From positions 338,115 through 402,114 of the forward strand of contig CAWKFT010000016.1 in NCBI GenBank assembly GCA_963848975.1: a stretch of 64,000 nt of DNA, read 5' to 3'. Every line of letters begins with the position of its first letter. Position 1 is the stretch's first letter. Source of the stretch: an uncultured Alphaproteobacteria bacterium. GTDB taxonomy: Bacteria > Pseudomonadota > Alphaproteobacteria > Rhizobiales > Rhizobiaceae. Below, in pieces: positions 12,473-24,195 of the stretch. The notes below the pieces were generated by a model that saw only the letters and a program-made list of their open reading frames with translations, ran no database searches and was not told the origin of the DNA. The translations under genes and the position numbers were made by a program.

Positions 12473-13454
12473 ACGAAGGGCGCTTCTGGCTGAACGAGCA
12501 GCGCGGCACGCTGACGGCGTTCGGCATCTTCCTGTTGATGTTCGCCATCTATGTCGGCAACCATCCGGCCGGGCTGACCGCCAACGTGATCCAGACCGCC
12601 GCCAACAAGGGCGTGCTGCTCGCCTTCGTGGCGATGGCGCAGACGCTGGTGGTGATCACCGCCGGCATCGACCTGTCGGTCGGCATGATCTTCATCCTCA
12701 CCAATTGCCTGGCCTCCTGGCTGGTGGTCGGCGGCGCCGTGGAGACCACGCTCGGCGTCATCGCCGTGCTCGGCGCGCGGGCTGCTGTGCGGCGCGCTCA
12801 ACGGCGCCATCGTCGTCTTCGGCCGGCTGCAGCCGATCGTCGCCACCATCGCCACCGGCGCCGTCTTCTTCGGCCTGGCGCTGCTGCTGCGGCCGTTTCC
12901 CGGGCGGCTCGGTCAACGAGGACCTGGCCGACGCGCTGACCGGTCGCCTGTTCGGCGTGGTGCCCACCAGCCTGGTCGCGCTGGCGGCCGTCGTGCTGGT
13001 GGTCTGGGTGCCGTTCAGCCGCTCGGTGCATCGGCCGGGCGGCCTATGCGGCCGGCTCGTCGGAGATCGCCGCCTTCATGTCGGGCGTGCCGATCCGCAC
13101 GCGCCAAGTTCGTCGGCCTACGCGCTGTCGGGCCTGCTCGCCTCGATCGGCGGGCTGTTCCTCACCTTCTTCACCTATACGGGCGAGGCGGCGTTCGCCA
13201 GCGGCAACGCCTACACGCTGTTTTCCATCGCCGCGGTGGTGCTCGGCGGCGTGTCGCTGTTCGGCGGCAAGGGCAGCGTGATCGGCGCCATCTTCGGAGC
13301 GCTGGCCTTCCGGGCGATCGGCGACCTCTTGTTCGTCTTCGACCTCGACCCGCTGTGGCAGCCGCTGTTCCAGGGCGTGGTGCTGCTGTTTGCCGTCAGC
13401 CTCGGCGCCTTCGCGCTGTTCCGCGTCCGCAACCGGCTGGAGTGGTTCGAATGA
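12469..13454 (+). pseudogene. sugar ABC transporter permease; five +1 frame changes
   Basis: MNEGRFWLNEQRGTLTAFGIFLLMFAIYV...TAGIDLSVGMIF... then LNGAIVVFGRLQPIVATIATG, then VPTSLVALAAVVLVVW, then FVAYALSGLLASIGGLFL...GGVSLFGGKGSVIGAIFG in successive frames. Confidence 0.85.
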
Positions 13455-14436
13455 GCGCCGTGTCGGTCCCGCTGGCCGGACGCCTGCGCGCGGGCGGTCG
13501 GCCGCTTCGACCCGGCGATCGTCACCGCGTTCGCCTGCATCGTCGCGCTGCTGGTGTTCGGCAGCTTCTACTCGGCCAGCTTCCTGTCGCCCGACTACCT
13601 GCTGCAGCAGCTCAAGGTCGCGTCCTTCCTGGGCGTCATCGCCACCGGCATGATGATGGTGATCCTGCTCGGCCAGATCGACCTGTCGGTGCCGTGGTCG
13701 GTGGCGGTCGGCGGCATGATGGCCTGCGCGGCGGCGGCGTACGGGCCGGTCGGGCGAGGTGCTGGCGATCCCGTTCGGCGTGCTCTGCGGCGTCGCGGTC
13801 GGGCTGGTCAACGGGATCGGCGTCGCCTATCTGCGCATCCCCTCGATGATCATCACGCTCGCCACCAATGCGGTGGCGCAGGGCCTGATGGTGGTCTACA
13901 CGGGCGGCTTCTCGCCGCAGGATTCGGCGACCGGCGCGATGCGCTACCTGGCGACCGGCTTCCTGGTGCCGAGCGTGCCCAACGCCGTCCTGATCTGGGC
14001 GCTGATCGGCTGGGCGACCGTCTTCCTGCTCACCCGCACGACGTTCGGCCGCGCCGTCTACGCCATCGGCAACCGCGAGCGGGCCGCCTATCTCTCGGGC
14101 GTCGCCACGCGCCGCGTGGTGATGATCGCCTTCGCGCTGTCGGGCGCGCTCAGCGCCTTCGGCGGCGTGCTGCTCGCCGGCTATGCCTCGAAGGCGGCGC
14201 AGTCGATGGGCGACGCCTACCTGCTGCCGGCGATCGCCGCCGTCGTGCTCGGCGGAACGTCGATCCTCGGCGGCCGCGGCTCCTATCTCGGCACCATCGC
14301 CGGCGTCATCCTGATCACCCTGCTGCAGTCGATCCTGTCGGTCATGCAGATGCCCGAAGCGGGGCGCCAGATCATCTACGGCGTCGTCATCATCGCCATG
14401 CTGCTGCTCTATGGGCGCAGCCCGGCCAACCGGTAG
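13451..14436 (+). pseudogene. sugar ABC transporter permease; two +1 frame changes
   Basis: ATGA overlap with the previous gene. LLQQLKVASFLGVIATGMMMVILLGQIDLSVPW..., then IPFGVLCGVAVGLVNGIGVAYLRIPSMIITLATN...GGTSILGGRGSYLGTIAG. Confidence 0.85.
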
Positions 14437-14442
14437 ACGGAA

Positions 14443-14995
14443 ATGGCCAAGAAGCAGCCTCCGCCCCTCGCGGTGGTCGTCATGGGCGTCGCAGGCTGCG
14501 GCAAGTCCGCGGTCGGCGCGGCGCTGGCGGCGCGGCTCGGCGCGAGCTTCGTCGAAGGCGACCAGCTGCATCCGCCCGACAACGTGGCGCGCATGCGCAG
14601 CGGCATCGCGCTGACGGACGCCGACCGCCAGGGCTGGCTCGATACGATCGGCGAGCGGATCGCCACGGCGGCGGGCGGCGGCGCCAACGTGGTCGCCGCC
14701 TGCTCGGCGCTCAAGCGGCGCCTATCGCGACCGGCTGCGCAGCTGGTATCCGGGGCTGACCTTGCTCTATCTCGACATCGACCGGGCCGCCGCCTATGCG
14801 CGGGTCGCCGAGCGGCGGCACCATTTCATGCCGCCCAGCCTGGTCGACAGCCAGTTCGACGATCTGGAGCCGCCGCAGGCGGACGAGGATGCGATCGTGC
14901 TCGACGCGGCGCTGCCGATCGAGACGCTGGTCGGCGAAGCGGCGGCACGGCTGGCCGCGCCGCCGGCCCGCGCAGCGGCGATCAGCCCTGCTTGA
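14443..14995 (+). pseudogene. gntK: gluconokinase; one +1 frame change near 14720
   Basis: P-loop VVVMGVAGCGKSAVGAALAARLGASFVEGDQLHPPDNVARMRSGIALTDADRQGWL, then in the next frame YLDIDRAAAYARVAERRHHFMPPSLVDSQFDDLE. Confidence 0.85.
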
Positions 14996-15410
14996 GCGGG
15001 GAGTTCATCCCCCAGGTGACGCCGAACGGGTCCTTGACCTGGCCCCAACGGTCGCCCCAGAACATGGTGTCGATGGGCGTCACCACCGTGCAGCCGGCAT
15101 CGACGGCGCGCTTGAACCAGGCCTCGATGTCGTCGACCATGAGCTGCAGCGTGTAGCCGCCGGCGGCCTCAAGCGGATGGCCATAGTCGGGATAGGGGTC
15201 TCCCAGCATCAGCGACGAGCCGTTGACGTAGAGATGCGCGTGCATCGTGCGCCCCTGCTCGTCGGGCGGATAGGCGAAGGCGAGCTCGGCGCCGAACGCC
15301 TTCTTGTAGAACTCGACCGCCTTCATGGCGCCATCGACCTGCAAATAGGCGACGAGGCCGCCCTTGACCTTGGCGCTGCGCTGGGTTTCGGGCTGTGCAT
15401 CTGCGGACAT
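14982..15410 (-). CDS. VOC / glyoxalase family protein (PhnB-like)
   Basis: AGGAG Shine-Dalgarno 6 nt before ATG 15410. AYLQVDGAMKAVEFYKKAFGAEL...MFWGDRWGQVKDPFGVTWGMN. Intact. The track ORF begins at an upstream GTG (15440). Confidence 0.85.
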   Translation of the reverse strand: MSADAQPETQRSAKVKGGLVAYLQVDGAMKAVEFYKKAFGAELAFAYPPDEQGRTMHAHLYVNGSSLMLGDPYPDYGHPLEAAGGYTLQLMVDDIEAWFKRAVDAGCTVVTPIDTMFWGDRWGQVKDPFGVTWGMNSPLKQG

Positions 15411-15500
15411 GGAAATCTCCTGTTCTTGTCGAGCCGCCACGGCGACTCTTCCTGATGACGAATGGCGAAGCGGCTTGTCGACAGCACCCGCAGAAAAATT

Positions 15501-16547
15501 TCAAGGGGAGACCGAGGCCGAACGATGCCGCCGGCCAGCTCGCCGGCGATCCGGGTGGCGGCGCCGGTGGCGAGGAGCAGAGGCGGCAGCAGCAGCCATT
15601 CCAGCGTCCAGGCGGCGCCGGAGCGCTCCTGCTCGTGGACCAGCGCCTGGTGGAGGCCGGACAGCTGGACGGCGGCGAAGCGAGCCAGCGCCACCAGCAT
15701 CTCCGCCGCGACCGGGTTCTGCTTGTGCGGCATCGCCGAGGAGCCGCCGCCGCCGGCAAGCGCGATCTCGTCGCCCGCCTGGGCCATCAGCGCGACGTCC
15801 TGGCCGAACTTGCCGAGGCTGCCCGCGATGCCGGCAAGGGCGCTTCCCAGCGCCGCGATGCGGTCGCGCTGGCTGTGCCATTGCGGCGCGTCGGCAAGGC
15901 CGAGGCGCGTCGCCAGCGCGCGCCGCACCGCCTCGGCGGCCGGCCCCAGCGCGGCGAGCGAGCCGGCGGGACCGCCGAGCTGCACGACGAGCAGCTCGGG
16001 CCGCAACGCATCCAGGCGGCGGCGGTGACGCTCCAGCGGCGCGGCCCAGCTGCGCAACCGGTCGCCGACCATGATCTGTACCGCCGGCTGCATGCGCGTG
16101 TACGCCGGTGAGCGCACGGGCGCCGAAGCGCGCGTCGAGATCGGCGAATGCCTCGCCGATATCGGCCAGGCGGCGGTCGAGTTGGTCGAGCGCCGGCCCC
16201 AGCCTCAGCACCAGGGCCGTGTCGATCACGTCCTGGCTGGTGGCGCCGACATGCAAATGGCTGGCGTGGGGAGCGCCGATCGCGGCGCGCATCTGGCGGA
16301 CCAGCTCGGGCACGACGACGCCGTCGCGGGCCGCGGCTTCGACCAAAGCGGCGCGGTCGGGGGCGAACGCGGCGAGCGCCGCCTCGATCGCCTGGGCCGC
16401 GGCGGTCGGGATGACGCCGTGCTCGGCCGCGGCGGCGGCCAGCGCCGCCTCGAAGCGGACCATCGCCGACAGCTCCGCCGCCTCGTCGAGCAGCGGGGCG
16501 ATGTCGGCATCGCCAAGCAATGAGGCGAGCAGGGGCGATCCGAGCAC
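15501..16547 (-). pseudogene. pcaB: 3-carboxy-cis,cis-muconate cycloisomerase; frame change near 16090, both ends uncertain
   Basis: SPLLASLLGDADIAPLLDEAAELSAMVRFEAALA...HVGATSQDVIDTALVLRL in ORF 15501..16547, then TRMQPAVQIMVGDRL...GSSAMPHKQNPVAAEML...HEQERSGAAW in ORF 15323..16117. ATG 16560 (2 nt after the pcaG stop, other frame) could be the true start. The stop is not resolved and should lie before the VOC promoter region. Confidence 0.8.
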
Positions 16548-16561
16548 GACGACCGGCCATG

Positions 16562-17131
16562 TCAGACGTCGAAGAACACGGTCTCGTGCTCGCCCTGCAG
16601 GTGGATGTCATGACGGTAGACGCCGCCCTCGCGCTCGGCGACCAGCGTCGGCCGGCGCGCCGCGTCGACCATGGCGAGGATGGGGTCCTCGGCATTGGCC
16701 GCCGCTTCGTCGGCAAAGTAGAGCCGGGTGTGGAGCCCGAGATTGATGCCGCGCGCCAGCACGAACAGGGCGACATGCGGCGCCATCGCGCGGCCGTCGC
16801 CCAGCGGCACGCGCCCCGGCTTGACGGTGCGGAACCGGCATTCGCCCGTCTCGGCGTCGGTCGCCTGGCGCCCGAAGCCGAAGGCGCCCGTGCGCGGCAT
16901 AGCGGCCGGCGGCGTCCGCCTGCCAGAGCTCGATCACCGCGTCGGTGAGGGGTGCTGCCGCTCCGTCGAGCACGCGCAGCACGATCTCGATGCGCTCGCC
17001 GGCGGTGTCGGCGGCCGACATCTCGTCGCCGAGATCGGCCGGGAAGACGCCCGGCAAACCGGCGAAGTTGGGCATCAGGCCGATATGCACATAAGGGCCC
17101 GGCGGTCTGCGAGGCGCATTCCTTCAGCCAT
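16562..17131 (-). pseudogene. pcaG: protocatechuate 3,4-dioxygenase alpha subunit; three frame changes
   Basis: MAEGMRL / QTAG / PYVHIGLMPNFAGLPGVFPADLG...IELWQADAAGRY / GFGRQATDAETGECRFRTVKPGRVP...HVALFVLARGINLGLHTRLYF across three frames, each step in the direction of one extra base. Confidence 0.85.
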
Positions 17132-17879
17132 CAGGTGCCCTCCGGCCGGTTCTCGAAGTGGGTGGCGCGGCGGCCGCGCAGCACGATGTCGAAGCGGTAG
17201 GCGCAGGCGTCCATGGGCAGCGTCGCGTCGGGGTCGAAGGTGGCGGTCAAGCCGGCGATGGCGGCCGGATCGCCGAGCGTCGCGACGATCGGGCAGCGAG
17301 GGATCGAGCGGGTCCCCCTCGAAGTACATCTGGGTGACCAGCCGCTGCGCGAAGGACTGGCCGAACACCGAGAAATGGATGTGCGCCGGCCGCCAATCGT
17401 TGGGGCCGTTGGGAAACGGATAGGGACCGGGCCGCACGGTGCGAAACCGGTAGCCGCCGTGCCCGTCGGTGATGGTGCGGCCGCAGCCGCCGAAATCGGG
17501 GTCGAGCGCGGCGACATAGCCCTCCCGCTTGTGGCGGTAGCGGCCGCCGGCATTGGCCTGCCAGACCTCCAGCAAGGCGCCGGGGACGCCATTGCCGTTC
17601 TCGTCCATGAGGCGGCCATGGACGATGATGCGCGGGCCGATCGCGCTCTCGCCGGGCCGCGCGAAGTTGTGGATCAGGTCGTCGTCGAGCGGGCCGATGA
17701 GGTCGTGGCCGAACACCGGTCCGGCAAGCTCGGTCGGCGTGGCGGGCAAGAGCGAGCGGCTTCAGCCTCGGCGAACGCAGCAGCGAGCTCCGGTAGCCGG
17801 GCGTCAGCGCCGGCGGGTGCCAGGCGAGGTCGCGCGGCAGCAGCGCGCCGGGGTACGCGGCTTGCGTCGGGCGGTTCAT
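17131..17879 (-). pseudogene. pcaH: protocatechuate 3,4-dioxygenase beta subunit; two frame changes (about 17750 and 17300)
   Basis: MNRPTQAAYPGALLPRDLAWHPPALTPGYRSS..., then TELAGPVFGHDLIGPLDDDLI...GRLMDENGNGVPGALLEVWQANAGGRYRHK...RPAHIHFSVFG...YFEGDPL, then IPRCPIVATLGDPAAIAGLTA...YRFDIVLRGRRATHFEN. Confidence 0.85.
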
Positions 17880-18274
17880 CGCTTCGCCTGGAGGAACTCG
17901 CTCTCGCCCAGCACCCGCTTGGCGACGAGGAACGCCTGGTTGGCGGCGGGCACGCCGGCATAGATCGCCACGTGGAGCAGCGCCTCGCGGATGTCGTCCT
18001 CGCTGGCGCCGGTGTTGACGGTGGCCCGGACATGCATCGCCAGCTCCTCCTCGTGGCCGAGCGCGGCGAGCAGCGCGATGGTGACGATCGAGCGCTCGCG
18101 CAGCGTCAGCTCGGGCCGCGACCAGACATGGCCCCAGGCGGCTTCGGCAATCAGCGCCTGGAACGGCGCGTCGAAGCCGGTCTTCGCCGCCTCGGCGCGC
18201 GCCACGTGGGCCTCGCCCAGCACCTCCCGGCGGGTGGCCATGCCCTGGGCGTACCGGCCGTTACTCTCTTCCAT
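17876..18274 (-). CDS. pcaC: 4-carboxymuconolactone decarboxylase
   Basis: MEESNGRYAQGMATRREVLGEAHV...LTLRERSIVTIALLAALGHEEELAMHVRA...EDDIREALLHVAIYAGVPAAN. Intact. ATGA overlap with the pcaH start. Confidence 0.9.
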   Translation of the reverse strand: MEESNGRYAQGMATRREVLGEAHVARAEAAKTGFDAPFQALIAEAAWGHVWSRPELTLRERSIVTIALLAALGHEEELAMHVRATVNTGASEDDIREALLHVAIYAGVPAANQAFLVAKRVLGESEFLQAKR

Positions 18275-18402
18275 CCGTCCGTCCTCCCGTGCCTCTTGCC
18301 CCAAATGATAGCCGCGAATGCGGCCGCGTGAAGCCACCGCTGGACGAATCGACCTGAATTCTCGCGAAGTCGCCGGGCTTGCGCAGGGCGCGACCCGCAC
18401 CT

Positions 18403-18420
18403 ATTGAACACGGGTTCAAT
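18403..18420. promoter_or_regulatory. inverted repeat in the pcaC/pcaI divergent promoter region (candidate regulator site)
   Basis: ATTGAAC-ACGG-GTTCAAT has perfect 7-nt arms and lies 30 nt upstream of the pcaI start. The cognate regulator is not in the window. Confidence 0.45.
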
Positions 18421-18449
18421 ATGGTCGGACAGTCCGGAGCTAAGCGCAG

Positions 18450-19308
18450 ATGGCGGTGTTCATGCCGCTCGAAGAGGCGGTGGCCAGGCACTTGAAGAGC
18501 GGCGACACCGTCGCCTTCGAGGGCTTCACCCATCTCATCCCGACCGCCGCGGCGCACGAGGCGATCCGGCAAGGCTTCACCGAGCTCACGCTGGTGCGGA
18601 TGACGCCGGACCTGATTTACGACCAGATGATCGGCATGGGCATGGCCCGCAAGCTCGTCTTCTCCTATGCCGGCAATCCGGGGGTGGGGTTGCTGCGACG
18701 GCTGCGCGACGCGGTGGAGAACGGCTACCCACGGCACGCTCGAGCTGGAGGAGCATTCGCACGCCGCGATGGCCAATGCCTACGAGGCAGGCGCCGCCGG
18801 CCTGCCCTGCGCGATCTTCCGCGGCTATCGGGGCACGGACCTGCCGCGCGTGAACCCAAGCATCCGGCGGGTCACCTGCCCGTTCACCGGCGAAACGCTG
18901 GCCGCCGTGCCGGCGCTGCGGCCGGACGTGACCTTCATCCATGCCCAGAAGGCCAGCCGCAAGGGCGACGTGCTGGTCGAAGGCATCATCGGCGTGCAAA
19001 AGGAGGCGGCGCTGGCGGCAAGGCAAGCGGTGGTGACTGTCGAGGAGGTGGTCGACGACTTCGCCGGCACGCATCCCAACGCCACCATCCTGCCCGCCTT
19101 CACGGTCGCGGCGATCGCCGTGGTGCCGGGCGGCGCCCATCCTTCCTATGCGCATGGCTATTACGGGCGCGACAACGCGGCCTATCTCGAATGGGACGAC
19201 GTGTCGGCCGACCGCGAACGGTTCGCCGCGTGGATGAAGGCGAACGTGCTCGATGCCGGGCCGGAAGCCTTCGCGGAGCGCGTCGCGTGGACGCGGCGGA
19301 CGCCATGA
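18450..19308 (+). pseudogene. pcaI: 3-oxoadipate CoA-transferase subunit A; one +1 frame change near 18735
   Basis: MAVFMPLEEAVARHLKSGDTVAFEGFTHLIP...FSYAGNPGVG then LELEEHSHAAMANAYEAGAAGLPCAIFRGYRGTDL...VLVEGIIGVQKEAALAA. Genomic context with pcaJ and pcaF supports the call. Confidence 0.85.
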
Positions 19309-20085
19309 GCGGGCAGCCCTTCACCCCGGCCGAGATGATGACCATCGCGGCGGCCCGCGCGCTCACCAATGACGACGTGTGCTTCGTGGGCATCGGCGCG
19401 CCGTCGGCCGCCTGCAACGTCGCGCGGCTCACCCACGCGCCCGACATCACGCTGATCTACGAAAGCGGCACCATCGGCACGCGCCCGGACGTGCTGCCGC
19501 TGTCGATCGGCGATGGCGAGCTCTGCGAGACGGCGCTCACCACGGTCTCGGTGCCGGAGATGTTCCGCAGCTGGCTGCAGGGCGGCCGCATCACGGTGGG
19601 CTTCCTCGGCGCCGCGCAGCTCGACCGGTTCGGCAACATCAACACGACGGTGATCGGCGACTATGCCAGGCCGAAGACGCGGCTGCCGGGCGGCGGCGGC
19701 GCGCCGGAGATCGCCGCTTCGTGCCAGCAGGTCTACATCACGCTTGCGCAATCCAGGCGCAGCATGGTCGAGAGGATCGACTTCTACACCTCGTTCGGCC
19801 ATGGCGAAGGAGGCGACCACCGGCAAAGGCTTGGCATCGCCACGCGGGGACCGACGCTGCTGGTCACCGATCTCGCCGTCTGGACGCCTGACCCCGCCAG
19901 CAAGGAGTTCACGGTGGCCTCCCTGCATCCCGGCGCGACGCGCGCGGCCGTAGAGGACAGCTGCGGCTGGCCGGTCCGCTTTGCCGACAGCGTCGTCGAG
20001 ACGCCGCCGCCGACGCCGCTGGAGCTCGGCACGCTGCGGGAGCTCAGGGCACGCACCGAGGCGGCGCATCAGCGAGGAGACAAGC

Positions 20086-20093
<8 letters not shown>
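19305..20093 (+). CDS. pcaJ: 3-oxoadipate CoA-transferase subunit B
   Basis: ATGA overlap with pcaI. MSGQPFTPAEMMTIAAARALTNDDVCFVGIGAPS...ESGTIG...FLGAAQLDRFGNINTT...PGGGGAPEIA. Intact. Confidence 0.9.
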
Positions 20094-21291
<1,198 letters not shown>

Positions 21292-22063
21292 GGCGACCAG
21301 GTAGCGGCCGAGCTCCTCCATGGCGGTCCTGAGCGGCTGGTCGGAGACGAAGATCAGCCCGCGATAGGGGTGCGCCATGTCGATCAGCAGGAAGACGGCA
21401 CCGGCGACCGACAGCACGCAGACGAAGATCGTCACGACGACGGTCATGTTGGTGGGGGCCAGCAGGCCGAACGATCCGAACAGCAGCGCCAGCCAGAACA
21501 CCATGACGGCGAAGAAGGGCAGCGGCAGGCCCTCGGCGCGGGTCTCGACGAGCATCCAGTGCTCCTCGGCCAGCTCGCTGGTGATCTCCAGCGCGCGCCC
21601 CACGAGCCAGCGCTGGCTGTCGGTGGTGGGCGTCAGCGCGCGCAGCTCGTCCTGTATGGGCTCGACGCCGCGGTCGTGGATGATGCGGCTCGTCGCGCCG
21701 CTGTCCTCGTCGGTCTCCGCCCACGGCGTGGCCAGCCGCGTTTCGACCAGCTCGCGCAGGATCTTGCGGGCCTCGGCCGTTTCGGGGCCGTAGCGCGACA
21801 TGGCACGGTCGAGCAGCACCACCCGCGCCGCCAACTCCTTCAGCTCTGCCTGGGCATTCTCGAAGGTGGTGTTGGCCTGGGCGATCATCAGCGATAGAGC
21901 GAGCGCCGCCAGCGTGCCGACCACCGCGGTCGCCAGCTTGATGGCATCGCGGGAGGAGCTCGCTGAGGTGGTTCTGGGGAAGCCGGTCGCGCAAAAGCAT
22001 GGCCAGCATGCTGGAACCGAACAGGCAGACAAGGACGATCCCGCCGTAGAAGATTGAGGTCAA
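21292..22063 (-). pseudogene. DUF4239 membrane protein; one extra base near 21960, stop codon not found
   Basis: TTG start. TSIFYGGIVLVCLFGSSMLAMLLRDRLPQNHLS then SSSRDAIKLATAVVGTLAALALSLMIAQANTTFENAQ...FFAVMVFWLALLFGSFGLL...IDMAHPYRGLIFVSDQPLRTAMEELG. No stop occurs in any frame until deep inside the convergent pcaF. Confidence 0.7.
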
Positions 22064-22246
22064 GAACTGCGCTCCGTGACTGCCTGGCGGGCGACCATAT
22101 CGCGTCGGAGGCGCGATGACAGCTCAGAATGTTGCAGCTCTGATACCGCCGCCGGCGTCCGGCGGCATGTCGCCGATACACGAGCGTCGCAAAAAGGCCG
22201 GCCCGCGCGCAGGCGCAAGACCTGCCCGGAAGGATCGGAGTCTCAC

Positions 22247-22669
22247 ATGCCTCTCGTTTCGCGGCTTTACTTCAGAACCGCCATTCTGTTCCTGATCGCC
22301 GGCATCTGCGTCGGTCTTCACATGGCGATGAGCCAGGATCATAGCGTGGCCGGCGCGCACGCCCACATCAACCTGCTCGGCTGGGTCACCAGCGCCGTCT
22401 TCGGCGGCTACTACGCGCTGAACCCGGCCAAGGCCGAGCGGCGCCTGGCGCTCGTGCAATATGGCGTCTACACCACCGGCGTGGTGGTGATGGCGCCGGC
22501 GCTCCTGCTGATGCTCGCCGGGAACGCGGCGCTGGAGCCGCTGGTCGCGCTGAGCTCGTTCGTCGTGCTGGCCGGCGTGCTGCTGTTCGCCTTCATCGTC
22601 TTCACCGGCGACCGGCAGGCGGTGCGCGGCGCCGACGCCCGGCTCGGCCTGGCCAAGCAACCCGCCTGA
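22247..22669 (+). CDS. four-TM membrane protein with conserved His residues (function unknown)
   Basis: AGGATCGGAG Shine-Dalgarno. MPLVSRLYFRTAILFLIAGICVGLHMAMSQDHSVAGAHAHINLLGWVTSAVFGGYYAL... Confidence 0.75.
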   Translation: MPLVSRLYFRTAILFLIAGICVGLHMAMSQDHSVAGAHAHINLLGWVTSAVFGGYYALNPAKAERRLALVQYGVYTTGVVVMAPALLLMLAGNAALEPLVALSSFVVLAGVLLFAFIVFTGDRQAVRGADARLGLAKQPA

Positions 22670-22688
22670 GCCGCCTCACAGGCGGGTT
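22659..22688 (+). terminator. 10-bp stem-loop overlapping the stop codon (terminator candidate, no T-run)
   Basis: aacccgcctg-N10-caggcgggtt. Confidence 0.4.
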
Positions 22689-22703
22689 CCGTCGCGCTCT
22701 GAC

Positions 22704-22967
22704 ATGGTCTATCGTGAGGCCATGAAGACCCTCATCGACCATCCCGCCCGCCGGCAGCGGGCGGCCCGCTCGGCCGTCCGCAAGGCGGTCGGCAGGCTGT
22801 TCGTGTCGCGCGTCACCCATCGGGCGGGCGGCACCTCGGCCAGGGTGCTGTTCGACGGCCAGTATTATGACGTCAACGGCTTCGAGCTGACGGCGCTCAA
22901 GGCCGGCAGCACGCCCACTGAGCTCGGCCTCTATCCGGCCGCCTCGCCTGCCGAAGGCACCTTCTGA
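22704..22967 (+). CDS. hypothetical protein (87 aa)
   Basis: Third-position G+C looks high by eye. No family recognised. Confidence 0.45.
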   Translation: MVYREAMKTLIDHPARRQRAARSAVRKAVGRLFVSRVTHRAGGTSARVLFDGQYYDVNGFELTALKAGSTPTELGLYPAASPAEGTF

Positions 22968-23149
22968 GGCACCTTTGCCGGCTCGTCCGGCCGATCGAGC
23001 AGCCGCAACGAAGGCAGCATCAGGAAGATCGCCATCGGCAATGCCAGAATGGCGAGCCAGCCGGCCAGCGGCCAGAGAGCCGCCGTCACGGCCGTCGAGC
23101 TGGCAACGACAATTGCCACCGCCTGTGCGGTTGAAATCTGTTTTCCCAT
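22931..23149 (-). CDS. hypothetical small two-TM membrane protein (72 aa)
   Basis: AGGGG purine tract before the ATG. AVAIVVASSTAVTAALWPLAGWLAILALPMAIFLMLP. Overlaps the 3' end of 22704..22967 convergently. Confidence 0.4.
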   Translation of the reverse strand: MGKQISTAQAVAIVVASSTAVTAALWPLAGWLAILALPMAIFLMLPSLRLLDRPDEPAKVPQKVPSAGEAAG

Positions 23150-23520
23150 ACCGAACCACCCCTGTATTTTCTTTTACCCGCCCAAGCCTGCCTTACCGTC
23201 AGCAGGTTAATCGAAAGTTTCCCCAGCGGAAGCCCGCATCCGACTTGCTTGCGACTGCCGGTTTCAACTTCTGCTTGCTATCGTTGGACTGCGGACATCT
23301 TTCCTGTCCGCCTGGAAAAGCTGGGGCGCCCGGCGTTGCCTGAGCGGCGACCATCGGGGCAGAACGTCGCCTCTCCCGGGCGCCCCCACCGGGCGAAAGG
23401 CGAAAACTGGAGCCCGGATCGAACCCACGCTGCGCCGAGTCGGTTAACGAAAGGTTTCCGGTGAGGCGAGAATTGGTCGTATGAGCTCAGTGAGCTGTCT
23501 CATTATGGCACATACGAGAA

Positions 23521-23556
23521 GGACCCGCCGCCGATGAGGGGAGCGGCGACGGGTCC
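23521..23556. other. 12-bp stem-loop (one mismatch) in a long intergenic region
   Basis: ggacccgccgcc-N12-ggcgacgggtcc. Confidence 0.4.
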
Positions 23557-23788
23557 ATTGTGCCGGCGCCTCGCGTGCGGGGTCTGGGTTGGTCTTCCGC
23601 CCGCCGGCGAGGAACAACGACGGACCCCGGCGAGGGTTCCACGGCCCGACCAGGAAATGAGTCGGGGCACAGAGCAGCTCCCATACGCCTTTTAGATCAG
23701 TGTGATTGCCGGCTCAGCGTCGTTTGGCCAAATCGACGGCGCGGTGCGTGGCTGACACAGTCGGCCAGGTTGGCTGGGCGCGCGTGGA

Positions 23789-24162
23789 TGGCTCACCATT
23801 GGCAGACGACGATCCTTTCGCACAGCGCGCTGGTGGCGCGCGTGGCGGCCGAGATGCCGCGCTTCGTTTCGCGGCCGGAGTTGACCGCCGACCAGGCGCT
23901 GACCTTGCTCGGCTGCCTCGACCGCTGCTCGATCGCCATGGCGACACTGCAGCTTCACGCGGCTGAGGACGAGGCGCCGGCCGAGATCCAGACCGCCGCC
24001 GAGACCCTGTTCTTCGCCTGGCGGGCGCTGGCCGACGAGGCGCAAGCGAGCCTCGACCGGCTCTGCCGGCCGCCCGGACGGCGGCCTCTTCTCCGCATCG
24101 AGCCACAAGACGTCGACGACCCTTCCGATGCGTGGGAACCAATCGCCGCGAGCGGCCATTAA
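23789..24162 (+). CDS. hypothetical protein (124 aa)
   Basis: MAHHWQTTILSHSALVARVAAEMPRF... within ORF 23560..24162. High third-position G+C by eye. No family recognised. Confidence 0.55.
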
Positions 24163-24195
24163 TCCCGAAATGCAACACCATCGGGAGCTCGTGCC

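Noticed and set aside
23408-23426. tRNA-like fragment TGGAGCCCGGATCGAACCC (possible att remnant)
   Set aside because: It resembles the reverse complement of a T-loop (GGATTCGAACC), but no T-stem or acceptor pairing can be drawn, and it does not match the tRNA-Ser in the window.
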